A stretch of 64,000 bases of DNA from a virus (IMGVR_UViG_3300033073_001516:64001-128000), one strand, 5' to 3'; shown: positions 29,287-39,995, counted from the stretch's first letter. Made by a program: numbers and translations. Notes: generated by a model from the letters alone, not told the origin.

Positions 29287-30376
29287 GTTCCCTCCTGGAC
29301 TTCTGCAGAGCAGATCCAACTACTTGATGCATATCATAATACTTGTACTCAGCCAATCGACCTCCGAACAGAACATTAGACTCTAGATCGGCAACTTCTT
29401 TGTACTTTCGATAAATGTCAGTGTTCTTTTCATCACCGATCGGATAATACGGAGTCGCGCTACGATCCCAAGCAATCGGATACTCCTTGGTGTAGATCGT
29501 GCTCTTCAACTTATCCAGCCGCTCTGGTGTGAAATGCTTATGCTCAGTGATACGAGTGTAAGGAACTGAGGCATCACCGTAATTTACGATCGCATTTCCC
29601 TGAAAGTCTCCGTCTCGCTTCTCTTCTTCAAACCGAAGAGAGCGATACTCCAGATCGCCGAACTTGTAATCGAAAAACTCATCGATCTTTCCAGTGTATA
29701 CGACTCTCTTCGCCATCGAATTCCACTTCTCACGATTGCTGAAGTAGTTTTCACCAAGAGCGACCTCACAGCCTTGCAACATGTTGTTGAAGATGTTCGT
29801 GTATCCCTCTTTTGGAATTCCCTGGTATGTATCGTTGAAGTAGTTATCGTCAAATGTCAACCTGATAGGAAGACGCTTGATGATTGAAGCTGGCAGATCT
29901 TTTGGATCACGCATCCATTGCTTCATCGTGTAACCGCGGATGAAGATATCGTAAATCTCGGGACCGACCTGAGAGAGGATCCAATCCTCTAGATTAGCAG
30001 GATTCTCGCAAGGAATACGAACAGCCTCAAGCTCTCTCATCGCTTCATCAGGAGTGTTAACACCCCACACCTGATGCAGGGTCATCAAGTTGATCGGGAA
30101 CGAGTACATCCTATTTCTATACTTGACCTTGGGACGAAGTACGAAATTATTGAACTCAGTGAACTGATTCATAAACTTCCAAATTCTGTCATCGGAAGTA
30201 TGAAAGATGTGCGGACCGTACTTATGAACGTCGATTCCGTCACGACGCTCACTGTAGCAGTTTCCGCCTATATGCTCTCTTCTATCGATTAGAAGAACGC
30301 TCTTGCCCTTGCTTCGAGCTTCATGGGCGAAGACACTACCGAAAAGACCGGCACCAATAATGAGATAGTCGTACAT
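29279..30376 (-). CDS. glf: UDP-galactopyranose mutase
   Basis: GAGLFG, HIGGNCY, HKYGPHIFHT, YQGIP, RITEHKHF, PYYP, GRLAEYKYYDM. Confidence 0.95.
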   Translation of the reverse strand: MYDYLIIGAGLFGSVFAHEARSKGKSVLLIDRREHIGGNCYSERRDGIDVHKYGPHIFHTSDDRIWKFMNQFTEFNNFVLRPKVKYRNRMYSFPINLMTLHQVWGVNTPDEAMRELEAVRIPCENPANLEDWILSQVGPEIYDIFIRGYTMKQWMRDPKDLPASIIKRLPIRLTFDDNYFNDTYQGIPKEGYTNIFNNMLQGCEVALGENYFSNREKWNSMAKRVVYTGKIDEFFDYKFGDLEYRSLRFEEEKRDGDFQGNAIVNYGDASVPYTRITEHKHFTPERLDKLKSTIYTKEYPIAWDRSATPYYPIGDEKNTDIYRKYKEVADLESNVLFGGRLAEYKYYDMHQVVGSALQKSRRELV

Positions 30377-30381
30377 GGCTT

Positions 30382-30410
30382 ATATTAAACCACGTACGAC
30401 TACTTTTCAA
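30382..30410 (-). promoter_or_regulatory. Sigma70-type promoter, likely leaderless glf mRNA
   Basis: TTGAAA-N17-TAATAT-N5-ATG; no SD. Confidence 0.55.
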
Positions 30411-30417
30411 TTTAATT

Positions 30418-31302
30418 CTACTTGAAGCTGTTTAGATAATCTTCAAGCTTTACTCTTGGTTCCCAACCTAGCTCATTGAGAGCTCGATTGTTATTCGCCA
30501 ATGTTTCACGAGTTTCTCCGACTCTCTCTGCAACGTGAACTGATTCGCCTTCAATCATTCTTGCAAGATCATTGATAGAATAATTTCGACCAGTTCCGAT
30601 GTTGACAGGACCGACCACCCATGGCTTCTCAGCAGCGATCAGATTAGCTCTAACTGCATCGGTGATGTGTGTGAAATCCCTTCTCTGATTTCCATCACCC
30701 ACGATTGTCATCGGCTCACCAGCCGCTTTTTGACGCATGAATAGACCCATAACTGGTGCGTACTCACCCTTCAAGGGCTCGCGAGGACCGTAGACGTTGA
30801 AGTAGCGAAGAGAAACTGTGGAGAGACCATACAGCTTGGTGTACAGCTCACAAATCTCCTCACCCTGCCACTTGGAAAGAGAGTAGGGAGTTGCGCATCC
30901 CTTCGGAGCGCTTTCAATAAAAGGTGGTTTGGAAGCGTGACCGTAGTAAGAGGAAGATGCTGAGTACACAACTCTCTTGACACCTGCCAGCCTGCTTGCC
31001 TCAAGAACCTCCTGTGTTCCCAGAACGTTGACAGAGAAGCACTCGGACGGGCTGTTCACAGTCGGCTGGATTCTGGAACGAGCTGCAAGATGAAATACGT
31101 AATCAACGCCCTGATAGAGCTTTCGAAACTCAGTGCTTCTAATGTCACCCACGAAATTACTCGCGTTGTCATTCCAATAGAAAGCATTGTTCTGAGGAGC
31201 CGACTTGTCATCGATACAGATAACCTCATCTCCTCGATCGATCAACGCATCAACGATATGTGAGCCGATGAAACCAGCTCCACCCGTCACTAAACATCTC
31301 AT
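30418..31302 (-). CDS. NAD-dependent nucleotide-sugar epimerase/dehydratase (extended SDR)
   Basis: TGGAGFIGS, YSLSK, RYFNVYGP, GDGNQRRDF. Confidence 0.92.
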   Translation of the reverse strand: MRCLVTGGAGFIGSHIVDALIDRGDEVICIDDKSAPQNNAFYWNDNASNFVGDIRSTEFRKLYQGVDYVFHLAARSRIQPTVNSPSECFSVNVLGTQEVLEASRLAGVKRVVYSASSSYYGHASKPPFIESAPKGCATPYSLSKWQGEEICELYTKLYGLSTVSLRYFNVYGPREPLKGEYAPVMGLFMRQKAAGEPMTIVGDGNQRRDFTHITDAVRANLIAAEKPWVVGPVNIGTGRNYSINDLARMIEGESVHVAERVGETRETLANNNRALNELGWEPRVKLEDYLNSFK

Positions 31303-32273
31303 TACTGCTTCCTCTTGCTAACAGCGCGCCCGAGCTGCTTCTCCCAATCCCTGTCGTCAGGACCACGAATCTCAAGATTCTTAGCCCAAGCTGCTTGCAT
31401 CACGATCGGCTTAACATCGTAATGACGAGCGACGCTCATCAACGCGTTGATATCCTTTGGGAAGCAGTGACCGCCGAATCCACGTACGTAACGACCATCG
31501 TGAGTTGGAACTGGACCTGGCACCGACCAGTGAGAATCGCCGAGACGACGATCAAACTTAGCATACTCAACGACCTTATCGTAGTCAATATTCAGACCAT
31601 CATTGTCAAGAGCCTCGCAAATCTGCGCAATTTCGTTAGCAAACGACACCTTAACTGCCAGCATGCAATTAGTCACGTACTTAACCATCTCGGCAGTCGT
31701 AGAACTAGTCTTGACAATTGGAACCTTTGGGAAAGCGCGCTGGAATACGTTCTTCACAGTGTTGATATGCGGGCGTGGTCCGCCAAGAACGATGCGATTT
31801 TGCTCTCGCATATCATTCACAGCATTCGCTTCAGTTAGAAACTCTGGATTGAAGACGACATGAAGACCCTTGTCATTGAACTTCTTATTCCAGATCTCGG
31901 TCGAACCGGGAGGAACCGTAGACTTTACCACGGCAACTCTTTCGGGAGAATCAGACGTGTAAGAAGTGTTAGCGATCTCCGCCAAAACTCCCTCAACGAT
32001 CGAAGTGTCCGCAGCACCGTCCTCGTACATTGGAGTCGGTACACAAACAAAAAATACTCCGGAAAAACCAGGCGTTCCCTCGCACTCTGTTACAAACTCT
32101 GCCACAGATCCCGGATAGATGATTTCATTTGAGTTATTATTTCGGAAGCCGTTCACTCCACCGCTAGCTAGCTTTCCAGCCTTGTCGTACACAAAAACAT
32201 TCTCTCCTCGCTCAGAGAATACAGTTGTTAGGCTACCACCTACGAAACCTTGACCAATAACACCAATGCTCAT
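31302..32273 (-). CDS. ugd: UDP-glucose/GDP-mannose 6-dehydrogenase family, short form
   Basis: GQGFVG, CVPTP, KSTVPPG, NPEFL, AEMVKY, GFGGHCFPKD; start moved to MSIG behind SD GGAGA. Confidence 0.85.
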   Translation of the reverse strand: MSIGVIGQGFVGGSLTTVFSERGENVFVYDKAGKLASGGVNGFRNNNSNEIIYPGSVAEFVTECEGTPGFSGVFFVCVPTPMYEDGAADTSIVEGVLAEIANTSYTSDSPERVAVVKSTVPPGSTEIWNKKFNDKGLHVVFNPEFLTEANAVNDMREQNRIVLGGPRPHINTVKNVFQRAFPKVPIVKTSSTTAEMVKYVTNCMLAVKVSFANEIAQICEALDNDGLNIDYDKVVEYAKFDRRLGDSHWSVPGPVPTHDGRYVRGFGGHCFPKDINALMSVARHYDVKPIVMQAAWAKNLEIRGPDDRDWEKQLGRAVSKRKQ

Positions 32274-32306
32274 TTTCTCTCCTTGATTGATTATCACATA
32301 AGAGAA

Positions 32307-32723
32307 TTACGTTTTCAAATCTAAAATTGAATTTGCGATCTTTTTCTTAAGATCAGTAAGGCTGTAATCGTGATCTCTGTTGCAGAAATAGACTGACTTG
32401 CCGAGCTCATCACCGGTGAATCTCTTACCGACGTAGTCTGAACCTAGTATTCTGACGTCAAAATCTACTTTGGCTAGCAATCTACGAAGGTCTTCCTCGG
32501 TGTTGTAATACACGACATCATCAACATACTTCAGGGAACGAAGTATCTCAGCTCTTTCTTCCCATGATTGAACGGGCTTGCACTTGCTAGGTCTATCGAC
32601 AGTGGGATCATCCTGCAGCGCTACAATCAAATTTTCGCAAATTGCCTTCGACTCCCGGAACATTCGAATGTAACCAGGATGTATTAGGTCAAACGACCCT
32701 GCGATTAGACCCGATTTATACAA
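32307..32723 (-). CDS. Cytidylyltransferase (TagD-like)
   Basis: 138 aa; [28 protein letters not shown]. Confidence 0.8.
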   Translation of the reverse strand: MYKSGLIAGSFDLIHPGYIRMFRESKAICENLIVALQDDPTVDRPSKCKPVQSWEERAEILRSLKYVDDVVYYNTEEDLRRLLAKVDFDVRILGSDYVGKRFTGDELGKSVYFCNRDHDYSLTDLKKKIANSILDLKT

Positions 32724-33688
32724 GATGTCTCCAATTGTCTGTAATCCTCTTCATACATGAGCCGGGCTAATTGCTTGAATGTAGTTTTCGGCTCCCAGCC
32801 CAATCTCTCTCTTGCTTTAGAGAAATCTCCCTCGAGCCACGGAACTTCATGTGGTCTCTTAAGACGATCGTCTATTACAAGATACCTGTCGACGTCAAGG
32901 TCAGCGATCTGGAAAACCTCATCTAGAAATTCTCTCACCGTGTGAGTCTCGCCTGTTGCAATGACGTAATCGTCTGGCTTATCCTGCTGCAGCATCAACC
33001 ACATAGCTTCTACGTAATCCTTCGCGTAGCCCCAGTCACGAAGCGCATCGAGATTACCAAGTGAAATCTTGTCCTGCAGTCCAAGTTTGATTCTTGCTGC
33101 TGCGAGCGTAATTTTGCGAGTAACGAATGTCTCACCGCGTCTGGGGCTCTCATGGTTGAAGAGGATACCTGAGGATGCGTGGATCCCGTAACCTTCGCGA
33201 TAATTTCGGGTGAGACCGTGAGCAAACACTTTTGCGCAGGCGTAAGGAGAAGCGGGCATGAGACGGGTTTCCTCATTCTGGGGATGCTCCGGGTTATCAC
33301 CGTACATCTCAGATGAAGAAGCTTGATAGAATCTACAGTCAGGCTGCATTGTTCGAATACATTCAAGCAGACGAAGAGGTCCCATCGCGACGGCGTCGAC
33401 CGTCTCCTCTGGAACTTCGAATGAGACTCTTACATGTGATTGAGCTGCCAGGTTATAGACTTCATCGAACTTTTGATTCGCGAATAAACGATAGAATGCT
33501 CCAGCATCATTCATAGAGCCGTAAACAAGCTGAAAATTAGGATGGGTAAGAAGATGGTCGATTCTGTCAGTCGCGAGAAGAGAAGTTCGCCTCTTCATTC
33601 CAACAACTTTGTATCCCTTTTCAAGCAAAAGCTCAATGAGATACGATCCATCTTGACCCGTGCATCCGGTCACAAGAGCTGTCTTCAT
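32705..33688 (-). CDS. gmd: GDP-mannose 4,6-dehydratase
   Basis: [47 protein letters not shown]. Confidence 0.95.
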   Translation of the reverse strand: MKTALVTGCTGQDGSYLIELLLEKGYKVVGMKRRTSLLATDRIDHLLTHPNFQLVYGSMNDAGAFYRLFANQKFDEVYNLAAQSHVRVSFEVPEETVDAVAMGPLRLLECIRTMQPDCRFYQASSSEMYGDNPEHPQNEETRLMPASPYACAKVFAHGLTRNYREGYGIHASSGILFNHESPRRGETFVTRKITLAAARIKLGLQDKISLGNLDALRDWGYAKDYVEAMWLMLQQDKPDDYVIATGETHTVREFLDEVFQIADLDVDRYLVIDDRLKRPHEVPWLEGDFSKARERLGWEPKTTFKQLARLMYEEDYRQLETSCINRV

Positions 33689-34614
33689 TTCTTAATCTTA
33701 ACTCCTCGAACGTCTGGGTATCTGTCCGTGAACGACTTTATTGTCTCTCGTAGACCCTCACGAAGAGGAGTATACTCTCCGCTCCAACCAAGGGATATAA
33801 GCTTCTGGTTGGAAGATGGCTTCTCGTATTGACCGTCTGGTTTTGACGTATCAAATCTCACGTATCCTTTATAGCCTATTTCTTCTCCGATCATTCGAGC
33901 GAGGTGCTCGATAGAGACCCAGTCGGGATTACCGATATTGACAGGCTCATTGCCATCATAATTCTCAGAAAGCCAAAGAATGATTCTTGCAGCGTCTCTA
34001 GCAAATGTGAACTCTCGAATAGGTCTACCAGTCCCCCAGATGATGACCTCATCTCTTCCTTCGATCTTCGCTTCGTGAAATTTCCTAATGAGAGACGGAA
34101 CAACGTGCCCGCTGTTCAGATCGTAGTTGTCGTTCGGACCATAGAGATTGTTTGGGATGACCGAGATGAAATTACATCCGAACTGCTGACGATAAGCACG
34201 ACTCTGAACCTCGAGCATCCTCTTAGCATAAGCATAACCGAAGTTAGAATGGTGAGGAGGACCCATATGGAGTTGATCCTCCGTGAGAGGATAATTCACG
34301 TAAGCTGCATCTGGATAGATGCAAGTTGATAGAACTGATACAAGCTTTAAATTGTCATGCTTGCAAGCTTCAAGAATGTTCATATTCATTCGAACATTAT
34401 CATCAAAGAAGTCTGCAACATAGTCGGTATTTGCTTTCACACCACCAACTCTTGCAGCGCAGTGTATGACAGTGCTGAATTTACCATTCGGACAGAGTCT
34501 TAGTTGGAAGCTATTAGTAAGATCACAATCTGTCGATGACATCCCGATAGAATCGGGAGACAGTTTCATGATCTCGCTTCCAAGTAGACCGGTTGAACCA
34601 GTGATCAGCTTCAT
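33685..34614 (-). CDS. fcl: GDP-L-fucose synthase (epimerase/reductase)
   Basis: [41 protein letters not shown]; adjacent to gmd. Confidence 0.92.
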   Translation of the reverse strand: MKLITGSTGLLGSEIMKLSPDSIGMSSTDCDLTNSFQLRLCPNGKFSTVIHCAARVGGVKANTDYVADFFDDNVRMNMNILEACKHDNLKLVSVLSTCIYPDAAYVNYPLTEDQLHMGPPHHSNFGYAYAKRMLEVQSRAYRQQFGCNFISVIPNNLYGPNDNYDLNSGHVVPSLIRKFHEAKIEGRDEVIIWGTGRPIREFTFARDAARIILWLSENYDGNEPVNIGNPDWVSIEHLARMIGEEIGYKGYVRFDTSKPDGQYEKPSSNQKLISLGWSGEYTPLREGLRETIKSFTDRYPDVRGVKIKK

Positions 34615-35390
34615 GATCTAAACAATACCCAAGCTCTTTCGTCTTTTTCATCGTAAGTTTGAAGAAGACCGTCATTTCTATAATGAAATAATCTAAGCTG
34701 CGTGTCATAGCCGATCATGTATTTCTTATAGTAAGGATCGTCTGAGATATGAGAATATCTGCTTAAATCAGTTCCAGAATATTGGAATCTATCGTCGTCT
34801 ATGATATGAACGCAATTCATAACACCTGACCATTTTTTCAGATTGATCATAGACTTTCCGCGTGTCTTGAACAGACCGTCAATGCCTAATGCTTTTCCGC
34901 GAACTCTAGTGTCCTCGCTCCATCGGTGAACGCTTTGCTCAATGACTGATCTATTGAGGTCAATAGGACATCTCATATCGAAAGATGCGAGATAAATCTT
35001 CGGAGTATCTGATGGCAGAGTGATGATGTATTCTTGAATCGTGCTCAGGCTAGTAGGAACTACGAACTCGTCAACATCGATACAAGCTGCCCAATCGAAA
35101 TCTTCTTGCTTAAGAATGTGACATCCCCTTCTTAAGCTGTCCCTTATTCTGACCTGAAGCTCTTCTGATCCTGCGTAAGTATTTTGATTCTCTGTACTGA
35201 ACTTAGTACCATGATCAAGAGCTTTTAAAATAGAAACTCCAGGGATACCAGCGACAACTTCTTGCAAATTGTCGGTCGATCCATCATCGAATATGATGAA
35301 TCTTTCAACTCCAACTTTCTTGTGAAAATTTATCCACTCTAAAATTCGTCTTGATTCATTCCTAACTTGAGTGACTGCGCCGATTTTCAT
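34611..35390 (-). CDS. Glycosyltransferase, GT2/GT92-like
   Basis: RNE...EWINFH...FDDGSTD, DVDEF. Confidence 0.75.
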   Translation of the reverse strand: MKIGAVTQVRNESRRILEWINFHKKVGVERFIIFDDGSTDNLQEVVAGIPGVSILKALDHGTKFSTENQNTYAGSEELQVRIRDSLRRGCHILKQEDFDWAACIDVDEFVVPTSLSTIQEYIITLPSDTPKIYLASFDMRCPIDLNRSVIEQSVHRWSEDTRVRGKALGIDGLFKTRGKSMINLKKWSGVMNCVHIIDDDRFQYSGTDLSRYSHISDDPYYKKYMIGYDTQLRLFHYRNDGLLQTYDEKDERAWVLFRS

Positions 35391-35421
35391 TTAAGAAATT
35401 ACCCACTGTAGAATTTTGAAA

Positions 35422-36168
35422 CTATATTTCAGACCAAATTCTTTTAAACTTCAAAAATTCTTCAGCGGCTTTTTGAAATGAAGAGCCAGTTACCTCGACG
35501 CATAAGCTTGGAATTTTCTCATAAAGCTTTTTGACTTTTTTAAGAGTGTCAAAGTTTATAGATTCTAAGAATTTGTCAGAGTAATTTCTATCAGAAATAT
35601 GAAGAGAGCGAATTGCTCCGACGTAGATTTCATCTATTTCGATAGGCTCGTCCAAGAACACATGAAAGTTTATGTTACAGCTCTTGTATTTGTTGGAAGA
35701 AATTCTTTCATGAATTTCTACTGCGCTCTGACCCCAAATTCCAGGGAAAGCATCTAGATTCTCTATCAACAATTTCTTACCGTGATCATGACATATCTCA
35801 TCCATCACTTTTAGTGCCCTGACGGTAGCTTCAATATCAGAGCGTTGCTTAGGAGAGCCTAGAAGAAGAGAATCGCAAGAAAGATAATCTGAAGCTTCAA
35901 TCAATTTTTCGATGTGGCATCTCAACAGATCTAAATCGTAGAATGAGCTCTCAGATCCAAAGAAGATACTTTGCAGAGAATTGCAGACAATTTTTTGAGA
36001 CATCAAATCATTTGACATCTTTTTTAGATCTTCTCTGCTCGCAGTTGCAATTTCTTTATGTCCAAGACATGAAGTTATGGAAACATCCAGCTGCTCAATT
36101 TCAAACTTGCTCAAATTTTTTAGATCTGATTCGTTAATTTGAAGACCTGCCGTCGTTATCCCAATCAT
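35422..36168 (-). CDS. Xylose-isomerase-like TIM-barrel protein
   Basis: SLQSIFF, LLGSPKQR, IEN, LHIS, EV pattern; start moved to MIGI behind SD GGAG. Confidence 0.6.
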   Translation of the reverse strand: MIGITTAGLQINESDLKNLSKFEIEQLDVSITSCLGHKEIATASREDLKKMSNDLMSQKIVCNSLQSIFFGSESSFYDLDLLRCHIEKLIEASDYLSCDSLLLGSPKQRSDIEATVRALKVMDEICHDHGKKLLIENLDAFPGIWGQSAVEIHERISSNKYKSCNINFHVFLDEPIEIDEIYVGAIRSLHISDRNYSDKFLESINFDTLKKVKKLYEKIPSLCVEVTGSSFQKAAEEFLKFKRIWSEI

Positions 36169-36898
36169 GTATGAACTCCTTAATATCATTCAAGGTTTGA
36201 TCTTTGCTCAAGTAATATCCAGACTCGAAGAATCCGCTCTTCATATTGTATCTGGGACCTTGATTGACGTTATTCACTGATGATAGCTTATCCGGAAAGA
36301 ACGTTTCAATAATTTCTGACGTGTTAATAGGCTCTGTTGAAAGATTCAAGATGTTAATCTTTTCTGAGAATTCAATGATGCTTTTCAAGTGCCTCAAATC
36401 AAACCACTGAAATGATGAATTTGATCTGATCTCATGGAGGTTATTGCTATTCATGAGATCGAACATGTAATTCTTCTCCAGAAATTTTCCAAATAGAGCC
36501 GGGAGTCTGATCACACTAGCGTCAAAGTGATCCAGAAGAGCTCTCTCTATCATTCTTCGATTTTTACCGTAGGCATGATTCGAATATTCATCACAGAGTT
36601 CATTATTGACGTTAGATGGATCGTTAAAAACGTCCACGGTCGAAAAATGATAAATCTTTCTTATCTTCGATGATGTGAGATGATCAATTAAAGATAAGCA
36701 ATTGTCCTCATCGATTTTTGGAGAAGCATTTGCAATCCACTTTTTTGCGCTAGGAGCAGCACAGAACACTACATCATGTTCTTCTTTTCTCAAATCATGA
36801 ACATTCTTACTATCAAATTGCTTAATTTCAAAATCGTTGAATTGCTGGACCAGGTGCTTAGCGACTAATCCCTTTCCTATCAAAGTGATTTTTTGCAT
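36134..36898 (-). CDS. NAD(P)-dependent epimerase-like protein
   Basis: LIG.GLV, AKKWIAN, STVDVF, YGKNR, RLPALFG. Confidence 0.7.
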   Translation of the reverse strand: MQKITLIGKGLVAKHLVQQFNDFEIKQFDSKNVHDLRKEEHDVVFCAAPSAKKWIANASPKIDEDNCLSLIDHLTSSKIRKIYHFSTVDVFNDPSNVNNELCDEYSNHAYGKNRRMIERALLDHFDASVIRLPALFGKFLEKNYMFDLMNSNNLHEIRSNSSFQWFDLRHLKSIIEFSEKINILNLSTEPINTSEIIETFFPDKLSSVNNVNQGPRYNMKSGFFESGYYLSKDQTLNDIKEFIHDWDNDGRSSN

Positions 36899-37901
36899 AT
36901 GTTACTATCTCATTTGAAACGTGACAGACGGTTGTAATTTTCCCTTGAAGAATTGAAATCTTGTTTCCCGAAAAGGTGATATCACTTGTTCTGACATCGT
37001 TTTTATCATTCAACCTCTTCACTTTGTAGCTCAGATATTGACCTATCGGCTCAAATTTCATCTTAAAGAAATCAGAAGACATCTCGATTATTTCTCTATT
37101 AGCTCTATCGATATCATGATCGCTCAAATTTTTTCTAAACTCTTTTGCTTCTAACAGAGAGTTAGACTTAAAAATTGGAGTCTTTTCAACATGAGATAGA
37201 GTGAAAACTTCTTCATTCTCAGTTGGATAAAGAGACGGGAATTTCCCGTCCATCACTGTAAATGCAAATCTTTGATCATCGAATGGATTCTTCACAAGAG
37301 ATAGAATGCATATCTCATACTTCATAGAAGTTTCAGACGATAGAGAAAAATCTCTGTAGCTACAGTTGATGATCAGATCATGCTTCAAACTTTCTACGTT
37401 CTCTATTTCATGATTGAAGTGCAATGTAACTTTATTAGATTTTGCAATATTTCTCGTTACTTTCTTTCTGATCGCTGAGTTGTTCAAGCCCTTTTCATCA
37501 ACCAAGAATCCTGCTTGAAGCATATCAACTTTTAGATATCGTTCATAATCTTTAAGAGCTACTTCAGATATGTTGTGTGACTCGAAAGTTTCGGCAAACT
37601 TTTTCGAGTTAGTCAAGCTGTTGTCTTTAGCTATTAGATACAGGTTGCTTTCGATTGGAAACGTGCAATCATTGAACTTTTCCATAAATGAAGCGTTTGT
37701 TGACAGTATTTGCTTGATCGTTTCTGATGAACGTGGGTAATGATAGCCCATATGAAGTCTATGCTGATTGTTGTAAGAAGCTTCACGCATCAAATCAGAA
37801 TTTTTCTCATATAGATCAATTCCATCAACAAAATCTAGAGCAGCCAGATCAATTGAAATCTGGCACCCAAACAGTCCGCCCCCTATTACTGCAACATTCA
37901 T
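36858..37901 (-). CDS. FAD-dependent oxidoreductase
   Basis: VAVIGGGLFG, ASYNNQHRLHMGYHYPRS, GKI. Confidence 0.8.
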   Translation of the reverse strand: MNVAVIGGGLFGCQISIDLAALDFVDGIDLYEKNSDLMREASYNNQHRLHMGYHYPRSSETIKQILSTNASFMEKFNDCTFPIESNLYLIAKDNSLTNSKKFAETFESHNISEVALKDYERYLKVDMLQAGFLVDEKGLNNSAIRKKVTRNIAKSNKVTLHFNHEIENVESLKHDLIINCSYRDFSLSSETSMKYEICILSLVKNPFDDQRFAFTVMDGKFPSLYPTENEEVFTLSHVEKTPIFKSNSLLEAKEFRKNLSDHDIDRANREIIEMSSDFFKMKFEPIGQYLSYKVKRLNDKNDVRTSDITFSGNKISILQGKITTVCHVSNEIVTYAKNHFDRKGISR

Positions 37902-38617
37902 TTTCTAGAAATCTCGTCCAACAAAATTCTATGATATTCTTGCTCAAGTGACCTGTTATTCTCGAACTTTATTCTTGTATGAGTAGCCCTAGAAGAAAAA
38001 TCAATGACTTTTTGTATCTCTTTTGTCGCAAAGAGAACATCAACTCGTGGTATCTGCTGGATGTTGATGCCCATAGAATCAAGAACTTTCCCTATGAATA
38101 TGTCATCAGTTCCTGGATAATTGCTACAATCAACTTCATCGACAAAATTCAGAATTCTTCTGATCAAATCTTTGGAAAAGATTGCCCCAGCACCGGATGG
38201 AAATTCAAAATTTGATCCGTCGAATGAATGAATTCCTGTAAGCGCTTTGCAATCGAAACTTTCAGTATCATTGCACTCAGATTCTAGCTTTTTAACGTTG
38301 ACAAACGTAGAGAGATTTGTCACAAATGCAAAGTCAAAATCATTTGACTCTCTAAAGAAAAAATCAAAAGCCGACAGAACTTTCTCTTTTAAAGACCCCC
38401 AGTAGTTCTCTTCATGGCGCACCCAAAGCGTATCATCATCTAATACGCATCTTTCTGCTATCCCAGGATCAGCTTTAACGTAGATGAACTTAACATTTTC
38501 AGAAGTTTTAGAATTTTCTCTTGATAGAATCTCAAGATTTTCATATAAATCGTTGTGATAATCTACGAATCTAGAGTCGTGGCTTTTCACAAGAACAAGT
38601 ATTTTCTTAGAAGCCAC
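37898..38617 (-). CDS. Glycosyltransferase, GT31 (galactosyltransferase/fringe)-like
   Basis: LKEK...FVTNLSTFVN, FPSGAG, DDIFIG; probable GTG start behind GGAG. Confidence 0.6.
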   Translation of the reverse strand: MASKKILVLVKSHDSRFVDYHNDLYENLEILSRENSKTSENVKFIYVKADPGIAERCVLDDDTLWVRHEENYWGSLKEKVLSAFDFFFRESNDFDFAFVTNLSTFVNVKKLESECNDTESFDCKALTGIHSFDGSNFEFPSGAGAIFSKDLIRRILNFVDEVDCSNYPGTDDIFIGKVLDSMGINIQQIPRVDVLFATKEIQKVIDFSSRATHTRIKFENNRSLEQEYHRILLDEISRK

Positions 38618-38618
38618 A

Positions 38619-39365
38619 TCACGCTCCAAGGATTAAATTAACAAGCCGATCTATCTCTTGCTTATGCTCGTGATAAGGACGAATGCTATGAGAGTCTACA
38701 TACACATCTGAATTGAGAAGAGCATCCTCACTGTATCTCCAATTAGAGCGATCTATTCTATGACCATGACGCTGCAAGAAAACAAAATCGCTTTTGTCGC
38801 TGTGATTCACGATTTTCATAGTAGCGTATGATTCATCTATGCCCCACAGATTGAAACCCATGTGATCAACATGCAAGAGTTGATCCTGATAAGAAGTCAG
38901 CTCTTTCAAAGAAGAGTCAAACTGATCAGGCAGCTCAAGAACTTTCTTGAAAGACTTTCCCTTGGCGACATGATAGCAGCTCGGAAGTGAACCATTCGTG
39001 ACCGGATTCAAATGAACATACTTCTCGCTGTCAATTGTCGAGAGCTGATCCACAAAATATCTTTTAGAGATTGGAAACATATCAATATCAGATATGACAG
39101 AAACTTTCTCTGGGTGCAGAGTCGGATACCAGTATCTCACCCATAGGCATTGAAGATAAGTTGGGACACCAGCAACCGGATCAATGTTGATCACTGTCCC
39201 GTATCTTGTGTCAAAATCATTGATGTTAAAAGACTCTTTGTCTTTCAGAACAAGAAGGACTGGTTCAATACCCATCTTTTCCTTCCAAACTTTGGAGACC
39301 GGAGACCAGAAATCAGAGTAAAGCTTATTATCATCAACGCTGTGAATCGCAAAATCTATTTTCAT
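38619..39365 (-). CDS. Putative GT-A glycosyltransferase
   Basis: DxD motif SDIDMFP, CYH, WGIDE, RIDR; start moved to MKID behind SD GAGG. Confidence 0.55.
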   Translation of the reverse strand: MKIDFAIHSVDDNKLYSDFWSPVSKVWKEKMGIEPVLLVLKDKESFNINDFDTRYGTVINIDPVAGVPTYLQCLWVRYWYPTLHPEKVSVISDIDMFPISKRYFVDQLSTIDSEKYVHLNPVTNGSLPSCYHVAKGKSFKKVLELPDQFDSSLKELTSYQDQLLHVDHMGFNLWGIDESYATMKIVNHSDKSDFVFLQRHGHRIDRSNWRYSEDALLNSDVYVDSHSIRPYHEHKQEIDRLVNLILGA

Positions 39366-39382
39366 GTTATAAGCTCCTCGAT

Positions 39383-39967
39383 TTAGTTCGCAGTCTTCTG
39401 AAGCCAAAGCTGATATGCTACGTTAAACACGTTTATCTTATGCTGATAAGAAAAGATGAAAGCATCTACTGCGGGCTTAACGTCAGAAATTGTTGTCAGC
39501 TTACCGCCCAGATAGTCATCGAATATCATGACACCGCCCAGCTTCAGAAGTTCAAAGCAATTCACTGCATCAAACATCACGTCACAAGCCATATGACTTC
39601 CATCAACGTAGATCACGTCAAACTTCTCGCTGGATGTCAAAAGTTCTGGAAGAGCTGTAGAGCTAGTCTTTTGAATCACTCTCATCTTTTCGTGCCATTC
39701 TCTTGTGTTATTGTCGAATCTTTCGCGAAGATTTCCAAGATCAATTCCAGAATGTTCAACTGATCCAGTAAAAGGATCGATGCAAGTAAGACGAGAAGAA
39801 TCGTGAGTTAGAACGTTTTCCATCAGCCAGCAAGCGCTTCTACCCTCGAAAGATCCAATCTCCAAAAAATTTAGATTCTGCTGATCTGCAAAATTTTGTC
39901 TAATGATCTGATCCCAGTAGGGCAAATTAGAGCTGAACCAATCTTGAGTAAAAAGCTTGTTAGACAT
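39383..39967 (-). CDS. Class I SAM-dependent methyltransferase (Methyltransf_24-like)
   Basis: LEIGSFEGRS, IDPF, YVDGSH, IFDDY. Confidence 0.85.
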   Translation of the reverse strand: MSNKLFTQDWFSSNLPYWDQIIRQNFADQQNLNFLEIGSFEGRSACWLMENVLTHDSSRLTCIDPFTGSVEHSGIDLGNLRERFDNNTREWHEKMRVIQKTSSTALPELLTSSEKFDVIYVDGSHMACDVMFDAVNCFELLKLGGVMIFDDYLGGKLTTISDVKPAVDAFIFSYQHKINVFNVAYQLWLQKTAN

Positions 39968-39995
39968 TGACAAATCTCCCTTATTATGATTTCTA

